A stretch of DNA of 64,000 nucleotides from the human T2T-CHM13v2.0 reference genome, Homo sapiens, in the NCBI RefSeq assembly GCF_009914755.1, contig NC_060934.1, one strand, 5' to 3'. The translations under genes were made by a program, and so were the position numbers. A model generated the notes under the pieces. It was not told where the DNA came from. It saw only the letters and a program-made list of their open reading frames with translations, and did no database searches. The first letter of the stretch is position 1. Every line of letters starts with the position of its first letter. Below, piece by piece: positions 32,822-45,660 of this stretch.

Positions 32822-33451
32822 ATAATAAATGTGGGATCAAGCAGTTTTATAATTAGCTTTTGTCACTGAATATATTGTAAACATCTTTCTGGTCCCATAA
32901 AGGTACTTTTAAAACAATGGTTTTCAGAGTTCTAGTTTTATTATCGTTGGTACACTTATTTCAAACAGCTTTACTTAGAATCTCAATATATAAAATTGAT
33001 AAAACAAAGCTAGTCTGGCAGAAGCAAAGTTGGAGTACTGGAACTCTATCTGCCTGGCCAGCCCATTATATCTTACTTCATGGTCATCTAAGGCACTGCA
33101 GAGCACAGTCTAAAAATGACTAATCTACCACTATTTTTTTGATGTGGCTGTGTTTTATTCGATGTGTTAATTTTTGTCTAACATGATATAAATGTTTCTC
33201 AATTCATAGTTTCCCTTCCAGTTTTGACAGTTATTATTGTCTTGGTACGTTAAAATGTTTACCTTTTATGTAATCTTGTTTTCTCAGGCTATCACTGACT
33301 GTCAGTAAGCATGATAAATAACCCGGAGAAGTGAAGTTTCAAGATTAATACTCTGTTTTAGAAAAGGGACTATCACTCCATTCATATACAAATACATAGC
33401 TATTTAAAGAGAGAATAGCTTCCAGTCTTTAGTAGTTTTGCTTCCCTGTGA

Positions 33452-34149
<698 letters not shown>

Positions 34150-34883
34150 GATCAACAGGAACCCATTATTTCACCAATTATCTCTTTGTTAAAGTATTTG
34201 CTTCATGTTCCAGTGATAATGATGACTTGCTCCTTTTCTTAAACATTTGTGTCTTTAATTAGATTGTTTTTTAACTTTTAAAATAGCATTACTACTAGAA
34301 CTTTAGCTTTCAATCAGCTTTGCTTAGATGTCAATATAGGCTGTGCCTTCCTTTTTGTTATGGTGGAAATTATTGTTATGCCTATTATTGTTAATGAATG
34401 AAAGTGTCCAGCTGAGTATTCTATGTATTTGAAAGTATCTAACTGTGTAAATGGGATTCCACATGGCATCCTGCTGTCCAATCTACTTGAATGAGCTTTG
34501 TAGAAAATGTATTTTGGTAGAAAATGTCTGTGAACCCAAGGGCACAGCTGATGATGTGAAAAATGCATATCCAGACAAAGTGAAGAAACAGTATTTTTAT
34601 GCTTTCAAAGGGGAGTAGTGTTTATTTATTTTTCAAGTTGTGAAAGCCATTGAATGTAGAATGAATATTATTACTTTTTCAAAAAGTGTTTTAATTTTTC
34701 TTTCATTGGAATTTATTTTTTTCTTACTATGTACATCCCTAAACATTAAAGAAAAATTTCTCAGGCATGGGAACTATTTTGTTTTGTAGAGTTAATTATA
34801 CCATTTAAATAATTGTTTAAGATAAAGATATGTGGCTTCTGTCTTTCTAAGACACAAATTGGACATAACATTTACATAGAATT

Positions 34884-35149
34884 CAAATAGTATTAAACTT
34901 TGATTATTGTGGATAATGTTTTTAAAAAAGATTTTTACATAGTAAATAAGCAAGAGAATTTTCACTGAGTTAGTAGTTTTATAGAAGCAGATATAAGAAC
35001 ATGCTATTAACCCCCAAATAGTATTAAACTTTGATTATTAAATTATGGATTGTGTTTTTAAAAAGGATTTTTACATGGTAAATAAGCAAGAGAATTTTCA
35101 CTGAGTTAATAGTTTTATAGAAGCAGATATAAGAACATGCTATTGACCC
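34884..35149. repeat. Tandem duplication, ~131-bp unit x2
   Basis: CAAATAGTATTAAACTTTGATTATT...AGAAGCAGATATAAGAACATGCTATT starts at both 34884 and 35015. Confidence 0.97.
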
Positions 35150-36238
35150 TCAGGGATTCAAATCCATGGTCCATGTGGTAGATGAATGTATTTCAAAGGA
35201 TGGTGAATAAGGAGGCATACTTAATGTGAATCTCCTAGTTTCTCATAATACCTTACAAGATTAAGAGTCACCTACAAGGTCTGGGATTATTATGGAGATC
35301 TGTGCATTTCTGCTAGGCATTAGGCTCCTCATATTTGGATAACACATACAAGGGAAGTATTATTACCTAGATGTAGGTGTTTGGGCCCAGTGATAAAGCT
35401 CAATGATAAAGCTCTTATTGATTGGGTATACCTGAGACACAGGTGTATTATAAAACATTCAACTATTAGTTGATTTCTTTCAAAGGTATTGGATGTAACT
35501 CAATAGTATATTCAATCGACCTTAAATTCTACATCTAAAATATGATGGATAAAATGCAAAATGCCCTCATATAGCCATGAATGCTTACTATTAAACTTAG
35601 CTGTTATAGCAATGATAACAATGACTTTTTTTTACCTAGGAGTGTTTAAAAACATTTCCATTATCTAATTCCTTATCTGTGTCAGCCTCTTCCTAGTCCT
35701 CTCAACAGAAGAAAACAGTGACTTGCCTCCTTAAAATTGCTACTTAATTATAAACAATCCTTGCTCTCTTTTAGTCTCCCCCTCAAAGAACATTTTTAAT
35801 ATCTGCCAGCAAAGGCTACTTTTCTGAGCTCTTAATTCTTTCTTTTCACAAATGCGATAGCTAGAAGGATCTATATCCTCACAGTGATTCATGCAAAGGT
35901 ACCTGTGTATTTCCGTTGTATTTTAAGAAGTCAGTGCCATGGAATAGAAAGAATGGGAGGATTCAAGTTTAAAATCTGGTATCCTAGTCCCAACTCTGTC
36001 AATGACTAGCTATTTTACTTTAGTTAAATTACTTGTAATAATAATTAGGTTAATCGTTACAGAGGGATGCCATCTTGAATCCATCTTTATTTAGGAAGAA
36101 GGTTATAATCTATATGATAATATGACTGTAAGTCAATCAAAATTGACTTTTTGCATGGTTCTTGGAGAAAAATTAGGTCAATAGAATCTTCTATATTGTC
36201 TTACCATGTACTTGTAAGGATGTTACGTTATATGTATA

Positions 36239-36571
36239 TTTTTAATTTTTTTAAATTTTTTTATTTTAGAGACAGGATTCCACTTTGTCGACAAGGCTAG
36301 AGCGTGGTGGCACAATCCTAGCTCACTACAGCCTCCAAATCCTGGCCTGAAGTGATCCTCCCACCTCAGCCTCCCAAGTAGCTGGGGCCACAGGTGTGTG
36401 CCACCATACACACCTGTGTAATTTAAAAACTACACAGCTAATTTAAAAAAAAATTTTATAGAGGTCTTGCTACGTTGTCTAAGCTGGTCTTGAACTCCTG
36501 GTCTCAAGCAATCCACTCACCTGGGCCTTCCAAAGTGCTGGGATTACAGTCATGAGCCACCACACCCAGCC
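36239..36571 (-). mobile_element. AluJ-type
   Basis: Reverse-complement dimer; TSD AC(G/A)TTATATGT. Confidence 0.92.
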
Positions 36572-36702
36572 ACATTATATGTTTTAAAACGATGTAAAAT
36601 TTGGAAAATACTGATCAAATGCAAAAAAAAAAAAAAAAGTAAGCATTCTCAGTCCTTTTAATTACTGACCTGTTAATAAAGTACCACCTGGATAATGCTA
36701 CT

Positions 36703-37131
36703 TATCTTAGTCTTTGATCTGTTGCTTATAGCAGAATACCTGAAACTGGATAATTTAGAAAAAAAAGGAATTTATTTCTTACAGTTATGGAGGTTGAGAA
36801 GTGTACAAAGTCAAGGGGCTGTACTTAGTGAGGGCCTTCTTAGTGGTGGGAAGTCTCTGCAGAGTCTCAAGGTAGGGCAGGACATCACATGGTGAGGAGA
36901 CTAGCTTAGATCTCTCTCCTTTTTCTTATAAAGCCACCAGTGCTACTCCCATGATAATCCATTAATCTACTAACCCATTCATCTATTAATCTCTGAATAA
37001 TTAATCCATTCATGAAGTCAGAGCCCTGATGACTCAATCATCTCTTAAAGGCTCCATCTCTCAATGCTGCCACATTGAGAATTAAGTTTCAACATGTGTT
37101 TCAGAGAGGAACAAACATTCCAACCACTGCA
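36703..37131 (-). mobile_element. MST-family (MSTC-like) MaLR LTR
   Basis: GTTGCTTATAGCAGAATACCTGAAACTGGATAATTTA...CTCTCAATGCTGCCACATTGAGAATTAAGTTTCAACATG. Confidence 0.85.
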
Positions 37132-37737
37132 TTATTGTTCTTGCTTTTTCCTTCAGGATTACAGGCTTTTCCCTCAGAACACAAACAGGAAAAGCCCACT
37201 CCTATATCACATAAAACATTCTAAAACATATTTAAACTCAAACTTTTAATTCTTTGTTATGGATCTATTTTTACTGGGTTAGGCAAACTTTAGAGAAACT
37301 GCTCATAGTGTTAGTGTAGGGAGTCTCTGAATGCTGGAAGGTTTAAAAGTACAAAGTGAGATCCTCATGCCCTGACTTTTCTTCAGATCGAATAAATAGC
37401 TTATGTTTTGGGGAGAAGAATAGACCTGAGAGTATAATTAAGTTGCTGATGCTTTGTTTCCTTGAATTTCCATGAAGTATCAAGGTCAATCTTGCTCTGT
37501 GAATGTTTTCTCTCTAAAGAAAGAAAACTGTCAAGCTGGCCCAGGTTGAGGCAGAACTATGCAAAGGATGTAGTATGACCTCTAGTTAGGTAGTTCCCTG
37601 GATCTAAATTTCCCTGGCGACACTAATGTGACCGTGTGTGCTTTCCATAGTATGGAAATAGCATGCCCCTTAGTTCATCTTTTTAGTGCCCATCTATTTC
37701 CTAAAGTAAGAATTAATGTAATAAGTCAATTTATGCT

Positions 37738-38101
37738 TACTATTGTCTGAATGTTTGGTCTCCCCCCAAAATTAGGTGTTGAAACCCTAACTCCTAAGTT
37801 GATGATATTATGAAGTGGAACCTTTGGGGAGGTGATTAAATCACAAGGGAGCAGCCTTCAAGAATGGGATTAGTGCTCTTATCAAATAGTCAGAGAGCTT
37901 ATTAGACCCTTTCATCTTGTGTGGACACAGCAAGAAGGCATGTTTCATGAACCAGAAAGTGGACACTCACCAGACACCAGATTGTCTGGCACCTTGATCA
38001 TGGATGTCTCAGCCTCCTAAACTGTGAGAAATAAATTTCTGTTGTTTATAAGCTGCCCAACTTAGAGTATTTGGTTATAGCAGCTCACATGGACTAAGAC
38101 A
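37738..38101 (+). mobile_element. MLT1A/MSTD-type MaLR LTR
   Basis: TCTGAATGTTTG..CCCCAAAATT...ACTGTGAGAAATAAATTTCTGTTGTTTATAAGC...GGACTAAGACA. Confidence 0.88.
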
Positions 38102-38847
38102 GTGCTAGTGTGTATTAGGAAGGAAGATGGGGAGCACAGCTAGTTTCTTGAATTCCTTTTAGGTATCCTTGCTTTTTAAACCTAACCTTTTAGAGGGTAT
38201 ACCTTAATCCATAGAATGAATCACTGAGGGAAAAAAGAATGCTGAGGGAATTTCAGGAAGCATGATAGACAGTGCAGGAGGTCATGAAATCTGGCCTCAC
38301 TAGAGCAATTTTCACTTATTTTACACTTCTCTCTTATACAAAACTCCCTCGATTCAGGGAATCTGAGAACTTTGTTCCAATGCTTTTGTGCATCTATTTG
38401 TTAGATAGGTATCTGTCCTTAAGCTATCTGTCCTCCTTTTCATTTTTCTAATAATCAAATCTTCTATGATTCAGTCTTAGTTTATCTTGCCAAATTAACC
38501 TCTCATTGCTGCTTACTACAGTCTCTCTGCATTAACTTAATTATTCTGCCTGTCCTGTCCAGAGTTGAATTCCTAGTGCTTGGCACTGAGCCTGGTACAC
38601 AGGAAGTGTATATGTAATTAATAAATTAATATATTACATTTCCATATCTCTGAGTCTTGGCCCATACCATTAACCTCACCTGGAATGTACTTTCCTTCCT
38701 GTCTACCTATTTTCAATCTACCTCCATAGTCAACTGAAGTAACACTTTGGTGAAGCTCTCTTTGCATTCAAAGGCTGCCTGTCCATATCATTCAAGTCTG
38801 TTTTGCCCCAAGTATGCTGTTGCCTTACATGATTTTTTTTTTTTTAC

Positions 38848-39848
38848 TTTATTAGTCAGCTCAGGCGGCCATAAAAATATCACAGGCAGGCTGGCTTAAA
38901 ACACAGGAATTCATTTTTCACAATTCTGGAGGCTGGGAAGTCCCAGATCAAGGTGCCACCCAGTTTGGCTCCCCAATGAGTGCACTCTTCCTGGCTTGCA
39001 GATGGTCACTTGCTTGCTGTGCCCTCATGTTGCAGTCACACCAATGCACCACAATGTAGCAGTCTCTCGTTGCCCAAGATATCATTCAAAGTTCTTTGTC
39101 TCATGGCCAAAAAAATTAAGGAGCTCAGACACCAAGGGTGAGGTTACAGCAAAAGTTTAATAAGTGAAAAAAGAAAGCTCCCCACTGCAGAGAGGAGGCC
39201 CAAAAGAGGGTTGCTGTTTCACAGTTAAATACGACGCTTTTATAAAAAAGCAGTGAGGGCTGGGCATCTCATTTGCATAAGGCACACATTTCTGGTATCT
39301 CCACCCTGTCCTCCTAGTGCGCATGCAGGCCCTTAGCTTGAGTTAGTTGCTCCATATAGCTTTGTTCTTCTTACTGTGCATGTTTTAGGGGACAGAATTT
39401 TCCATTGTGGGCATGTCTGGGAAAGTCTCCTGAGTAGCCTTTCTTGTCTATGTGGCTGTTGGCATATCTTAGGCAAGACCTGCCCCCCAACCATGACCCA
39501 CACCATGCAAGTTTCCCTATCTGTGCCTGCAGTTTAATTTTTCAGGCTGTTTTTTGTTTGAAATAATTTTACTGAGGACCCACACTAACCACCTGCCTGA
39601 CAGGTTTCTTCCTCTTCTCCTACTCCTATGGGGAAGAGAGAGAATGGAAGCAAACTCTCTGGGGTCTCTTCCTATAAGAACACTGATCCTATCATGAGGG
39701 CTTCACCTTCACAACCTCATCCAAACCTACTTACCTAGCAAAGATCGCATCTCCAAATACTATCACATTGAGGGTTGGGGCTTTAACATGTAAAACTGGG
39801 GTGGGGTGCGGGGAGGAGTTGAGTGTGGAAAAAATTCAGTCCATAGCA
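38848..39848 (-). mobile_element. MLT1A-type LTR interrupted by a MER61-type LTR
   Basis: MLT1 halves at 38848-39027 and ~39627-39848 (ending TTCAGTCCATAGCA). Confidence 0.8.
39028..39626 (-). mobile_element. MER61-family ERV1 solo LTR
   Basis: TGTTGCAGTCACACCAATGCACCA..TGTAGCAGTCTCTCGTTG end; CTCATTTGCATAAGG; GGGCATGTCTGGGAAAGTCT; CCTGCCTGACAGGTTTCTTCC. Confidence 0.75.
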
Positions 39849-42094
39849 CCACATAGTTTTTTACTTTGTTCACTCTTTTGTACTTTCCAAATGTTTTGAG
39901 GACTGACACCCTTTCTCTGCCTGCTCTGCCGGAAGCCTGCAACACAACAGAAGCCAACTCCACAATAGAAGCCACTTAATTTTAAGTAGTGACTGATTGT
40001 TGTGTTTTTCTCATGTTAAACTGTTACACCAACTGTACTGAAGTTTTATATTAATCTGAAAGTCCTTTTTACTGGGAGTAAATAATCCATAGACTTCCTT
40101 TAAATGGTTCTCACTAACTGCAATGTAATCAAAATCCTTCAGGAATTTTTCAAATTACACAGATCTCCCCGTTTTCTGCTTCCCCATACCACAAGATTCT
40201 CATATGCCAAGATTAGAAGATAGGCGGAGATTGGCGTAAATGCACATATACTCACTGAAATCCAACTCTCCCACCCTCTACCATGGAGAGCTATTTGAAA
40301 TGAATTCCCAGAAAGACTAAATAGTATGTAGAATTTACTCTCTCTCTCTCTCTCTATATAAATGGTGGAAAAGTGACTTGCAGACTGACAAACACAGGAA
40401 CTGTTTGGTTTGTAAGAATTTATAGATAAAGGCTATCTGATGACTGGAAATTTATAAATACATTTCAGTAGACTTTTTAGTCTCTTCTCTAATGATTGCT
40501 TTCTCTACCTTATGTACATATGCTGGGGGAAAAGGTTTCAACTCTGAATCAGAAGACTTGGGTTTCAGGACAGACTGCTGCTCACTAGCTTTGTGACCTC
40601 ATCCACATTATGTAATTTCTCTAGCTTTTGAATTTTTTTTTTTAACCTATGAAATCAGGCTGTTAGAACAGATGACCTCCAAAGCTCATGAAAGCTTCAG
40701 CATATGAAAATATGAATAGATGATCTCACAAATCAGTAGTTCTGTTTTATCTTCCTTCATCATTTTATTAGAGGCAAAGATGTTAAGAAACTGATAGCTA
40801 TAGTTTTATTTTTTTGGTGGCAGCAGTGGTATGTTTGCCTGCTATTTTGAAGACATTATAAACCCTCCAGGAAAATTAGCCATGGAGGTGAGAGAGTAGA
40901 GAAAATAAAAGACAGATAATCAACTACTTAATAATTGAGAAATGCCTGTATTGCATTCTAGGCTTAAGTCCAGAAATAGATTCATTTCTAGGTAAAGGCA
41001 TTTTGCTGTTAATTAAAAAAAAAATAAATAAATAAAAAAACGTTTTAAAATGCACTAAATTATTGCTCTAGCAAAAATATCTTCAAAATTGAATCCAGGA
41101 TTTACATAATTTCACAGAGTATAATATAAATGTAGTTGTTTTCATGAAATGCAGATTTTTGCTGCTTCAGGGGAAAAATATCAGATTTCCAACATACACG
41201 CATGGCATTATTACAAAATGCTTGTTTAGATAAAACTGGAGGCAGAATTTTTTTGTTATTTAGTTAGGAAGATTTTTATATCAGGTTTTTCATAAGCTAA
41301 GAGTTGTGCTGGCTATATTTTTTGATTACACATATCTATGGAGTTGGCCAAAATTTCAGCAAAATACTTTTTAGCTCTAAGTAGTTCTCTTTGGCTATTT
41401 TTTCTTAATTTTAAAATATATGGCTAAAATATATGTTTTATAGAGACCACACATAGAGACAAAAAACATATGGAATGGCAAAACAAATGTTTTGTCCACA
41501 TTGCAAGTACCTAAATTTTATAGGACATGCTGATGGTCTATAAATTTAAAACTTTTAGCTGAGCTGCCATTTGTTCTTTTAATCAGTAAGTGCTAGGATT
41601 GAGCAGTGATAAAATTTGTAAAGAAAATCTTGGGATTTTTTTACCCCCATATGTTTTACATATCCTCGTCAGATAACCCAGGAAGGTATAATGTATTTAA
41701 AAGATGAAAAAGGAATGGGGGCTGAGGACATAAAAGATGGTATGAGATTTAACTTTTGAGTACAGAATAGCCCTAGTGAAGTTAACTAGCTTAAACAGTA
41801 AAATGCCCCTTTTTTGTCTATTTTTTTGTAAAATGCTTTCAACAGCTAAAACTATTCAACAAAGAAAAATTATTAAGTCTCATAAATAAAAAAATGATGT
41901 AACCCACCCTGACTATTAATATGTTATGCCATACTTTAAATTAATTTTGGACATCTTTGATGAACATAAGTGAAGATATTTGAACATCCCAGGGATAAAA
42001 ACCTAGGACAAAGGACCAGATCTGGAAAGTTCCTGTCCTTGAAGAGCTTTCACAAACAACTGTTTGTTCTGGGTGATTTCAATATTCACTAGAA

Positions 42095-42279
42095 CAGTGC
42101 TTCTCTCTGTAATCTGGAAAGCAAATACAAAAACCTATGCAAGGGTAGCTGTGCAAGATTTGTTTCTTGGTCCCAGATTAAACGCACTGAATCAGAACTC
42201 TGAGGGGTAAGGCCTTGAAATCGGCGTCAGAGTGGTTCTCTGAATGATTCTTGTTCACACTTAAATTTTAGAATTACTG
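42095..42279. mobile_element. MER5-family MITE
   Basis: CAGTGCTTCTC...CACTGAATCAGAACTCTGAGGG...TGATTCTTGTTCACACTTAAATTTTAGAATTACTG. Confidence 0.65.
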
Positions 42280-42753
42280 CATTAGAGACAGATGGCAGAA
42301 TCAATTATCTTTTCAAGTTTCAGCTGTCTAGCCTACTACAAATGCATGAAATGAAGTCATTACTGAGTGTCTACATGGTAGAAATTAAGCCAAAATTCAA
42401 TATTTATATAAAATTATACTTTTTCTTTAAATCATTTACAGTTATTTTCATGGACATATCTAATCTTATATTGAGAGGATTCTTGCCACTGTATTACTTG
42501 TTTTTTCAAAGGAATATTCCACATATGAAATATTCTTCAGTATCCATGTACTGTTGCTTTGACCCAGACTTTCTAATAAAACAAGGTGTTATGACATATT
42601 AAGCCTATTTGGAAACAGATATCTTTTGTGATGTCAATTTTTCTACTTTAGATAATATTTATGAATTTCCTATAGCAAATGAAATATGGCAAGCTGGCTT
42701 ACTAAATGATGACTTGGATGGCTTTTATTGGGGAAATAAAAAAGAGATTTTAT

Positions 42754-42989
42754 CAGGTGTGTCCAATCTTTTGGCTTCCCTGGCCCACATTGGAAGAAGA
42801 ATTGTCTTGGGCCACACATAAAATACACAACACTAACAATAGCTGATGAGGGGAAAAAAAAGTCAAAAAACAAAAACAAAAAGCAGAAAACTTATAATGT
42901 TTTAAGAAAGTTAATGAATTTATGTGGAGCCACATTTAAAGTCATCCTGGGCCGCATGTGGCCTATGGGCCGTGTGTTGTACAACCTTG
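42754..42989. mobile_element. MER30 (hAT-Charlie)
   Basis: CAGGTGTGTCCAATCTTTTGGCTTCCCTGGCCCACATTGGAAGAAGAATTGTCTTGGGCCACACATAAAATACAC. Confidence 0.92.
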
Positions 42990-43490
42990 TTGAAATCCTG
43001 TTGTGCCAGTCTTCCCTAGGTTAATGTATGTCTGTACGACAGTTTCATCTCCTTCAAATGCCTCTTAAAATATCACCCCTCAAACTGGATGTACAAATAT
43101 ACTAACTTCCTGAACCAAAAAATCTGGCACATTCAAGAGATATTATGCGTCCTCTAAGGAATCTGACTAGTCAAAGGAATTCTACAGGACTGGGCATTCT
43201 AGGCTTTGTGTTTTTTGGTTTGTTTAATTTAAGGAGACCTTCTTCACTTTCCCCAATAAACCACTATCTGAACAGTAAAAGAGTTATGCAGCATAGAGGG
43301 AAAGTGGTTGTAACTTTACTCACTGTGAAGAAACAGGTATGTTAATTAAAAGGACATGGCATCAGCAATCATCTGGAAGGGCCATCAGCAGTATGGTATT
43401 TAAAGTTATTAATTGATCTAGATCTGTTGTTTGGAAAGCTTAGCACTAGGTTCTCAACATTTTGTCTGACTGCCAAGCTAAGCTGTAAGA

Positions 43491-43830
43491 CAGGGGTACC
43501 CAACCCCTGGGCCACAGGCCAATACCAGCCCGTAGCCTCTTAGGAACCGGACTGCACAGAGGAGGTGAGGGGGTGCGGATGAGTGAGCATTACCACCTGA
43601 GCTCTGCCTCCTGTCAGATCAGCGGAAGCATTAGATTCTCATAGGAGTGCAAATCCTATTGTGAACTGCGCATGTGAGGGATCTAGGTTGTGCACTCTTT
43701 AAGAGAGTTTAATGCCTGATGATCTGAGGTGGAACAATTTCATCATGAAACCATCCCCTACAGCCCCGTTTGTGGAAAAATTGTCTTCCAGGAAAGTGGT
43801 CCCCGGTGACCAAAAGGTTGGGAACTACTG
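43491..43830. mobile_element. MER1B (hAT-Charlie)
   Basis: CAGGGGTACCCAACCCCTGG...CTCCTGTCAGATCAGCGG..GCATTAGATTCTCATAGGAG...GGTTGGGAACTACTG; 8-bp TSD CT(G/A)TAAGA. Confidence 0.92.
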
Positions 43831-43879
43831 CTATAAGAGACAGTTATTCAAAAAATGGCTGGTTATTAGGCAATAACTA

Positions 43880-44311
43880 GAGTCATGTATTGCTTAACAA
43901 GAGGGATATGTTCTGAGAAATGTGTCTTTAGGTGATTTCATCAGTGTGCAAACATCACAGAGTGTAATTACACAAACCTACATGGTATAGCCTGCTACAC
44001 CCCTAGGCTTTATGGATACAGCTGATGGCTTCTAAGAGACAAACCTGTACAGCATGTTACTGTACTGAATACTGTAGGCAACTGTAGCACAATGTATTTT
44101 TGTATCTGTTAGTTTGGTGCAAAAGCAGTTGCGAGTTTAGCTGCAATGAAAAGTTATGTCAAAAACCACAATTACTGTTGCAACAACCTAATCAATGTAT
44201 CTAAAGCTAGAAAAAAAAAGTACAGTAAAAATTCAGCATTGTAATCTTATGGGACCACCATTCCGTATGTGGTCCATTGTTGACTAAAAGATCATATGCA
44301 GTGCATGACTG
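43880..44311. mobile_element. Tigger3a-type MITE containing MADE1
   Basis: GTCATGTATTGCTTAAC..GGGATATGTTCTGAGAAATG...AATCTTATGGGACCACC...GCATGACTG. Confidence 0.88.
44109..44191. mobile_element. MADE1 (Hsmar1-derived palindromic MITE)
   Basis: TTAGTTTGGTGCAAAAGCAGTTGCG...AAAAACCACAATTACTGTTGCAACAACCTAA. Confidence 0.88.
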
Positions 44312-45129
44312 TACTTCTATGATTACTTAGACTTTTCTTTTTCTCCTTCTTCCTCTTAAAAAAAGAGTTGTACCTGGAAGCATTTCCGGAATTTGCTTTC
44401 CGTTCTCTGGGTCTTGGGAGATACATGTCAGTGAAAGTACTGGGATGGACAGAGCACTGCATTTTCATGTTTTACTGACTGATTTAGCATTCTGTTTCTC
44501 CCCACCTTGTTCATTCTAATTTCCTATCTAATTCTTTGTTTTTCCCTTTTGAGTGTCTTTTTCTATTATTCCACGCTTGGCCTTGAAATCTCAATGATTA
44601 AAATGTCTGAGTACAACCCCTACTGATGTTTTATATAACATCATTAAATAAATAAGCTATGCAAGTATTGAATTTCACACAAGAGTAAAGAATGGGTGTA
44701 TAGGGCAGTAAGAGGAGATGAACAAACTGTTATCACATAAATTGCTGAAACGTAGGTCCACCCCTAGCACTTCAGGCAACTCCAGACATTAAATATTGGA
44801 TGCAGGATTCATGGCCTGGCTTTCTATCTGCCCAGCTTGCAGAAATGCCTTTAATCTTTCCTGGTACTCTAAATATACGTATAACAGTAATCATTACCCC
44901 CACAGTTCCAAGCAACTCTCTCAAAGATGACTTTCCTTTCTTGAAAAAAATAAAGCAATTAGAAATTCAGAATTGATTACATTGTTATGGTATTTTTATT
45001 TTTTTTAACTATTACTACTAGGAAGCCCTCATAATCCAAAAAAGTTTCAAATATTGATTCGACTTTTGATATTTCAAGTTATTCTCAAGAATAAAATATG
45101 TACAATATTAAAAATAATTATAACATCAA

Positions 45130-45660
45130 GTTTTAGAGAAGAAATGAGAAAATGAACACTCTTGTAGACCTGCTGCTATGTAAATTGACTCAAGCTTTCT
45201 AGAAGGCAATTTGGAAATATGTGTCAAACATTTTAAAAGTATGTGTACATTTTGATGTAGTAACTCCATTTGGATTAATTTATTCTGAAGAAATAAGTGT
45301 GCAAAGGTATGTATTCAGGGAGATTCATTACAGTTTTTATTTTTTGTTTAATAGTGGAACATTGGAAACAACAAAAATAATTAGAAATAGGGTATTTAAT
45401 TATGGAACAAAGAAATTAAAAACTGGTGAATTAAAAAGAATGAATTAAACTCATATTAGGTGAAAAAATAACATTAAAGCAGGTGACTGACATGATTTTG
45501 TAAATATATTTATATAAACGTGAATATATTCATACAGAATGAAAGTCTGGTAAATTATGCAAAAAAATTAGCCATGGTTATTTCCTGGTGGTGAGAATAT
45601 AAATCACACATTTTTTTTTTGTCTGAGTTTTCTGTTTGTTTGGTTTGCAGAGAATCTGTA
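45130..45660 (+). mobile_element. Old L1ME fragment
   Basis: GAAATGAGAAAATGAACACTCT...GTAAATTG...CTTTCTAGAAGGCAATTTGGAAATATGTGTCAAA. Confidence 0.6.

Noticed and set aside
34884-35149. Tandem repeats as a CRISPR-like array
   Set aside because: Two adjacent units without spacers in primate DNA; no cas genes.
43234-43336. Possible 103-nt exon (TTTAAG|...CAG|GTATGT)
   Set aside because: Mediocre acceptor and unrecognisable peptide; such site pairs are common in introns.
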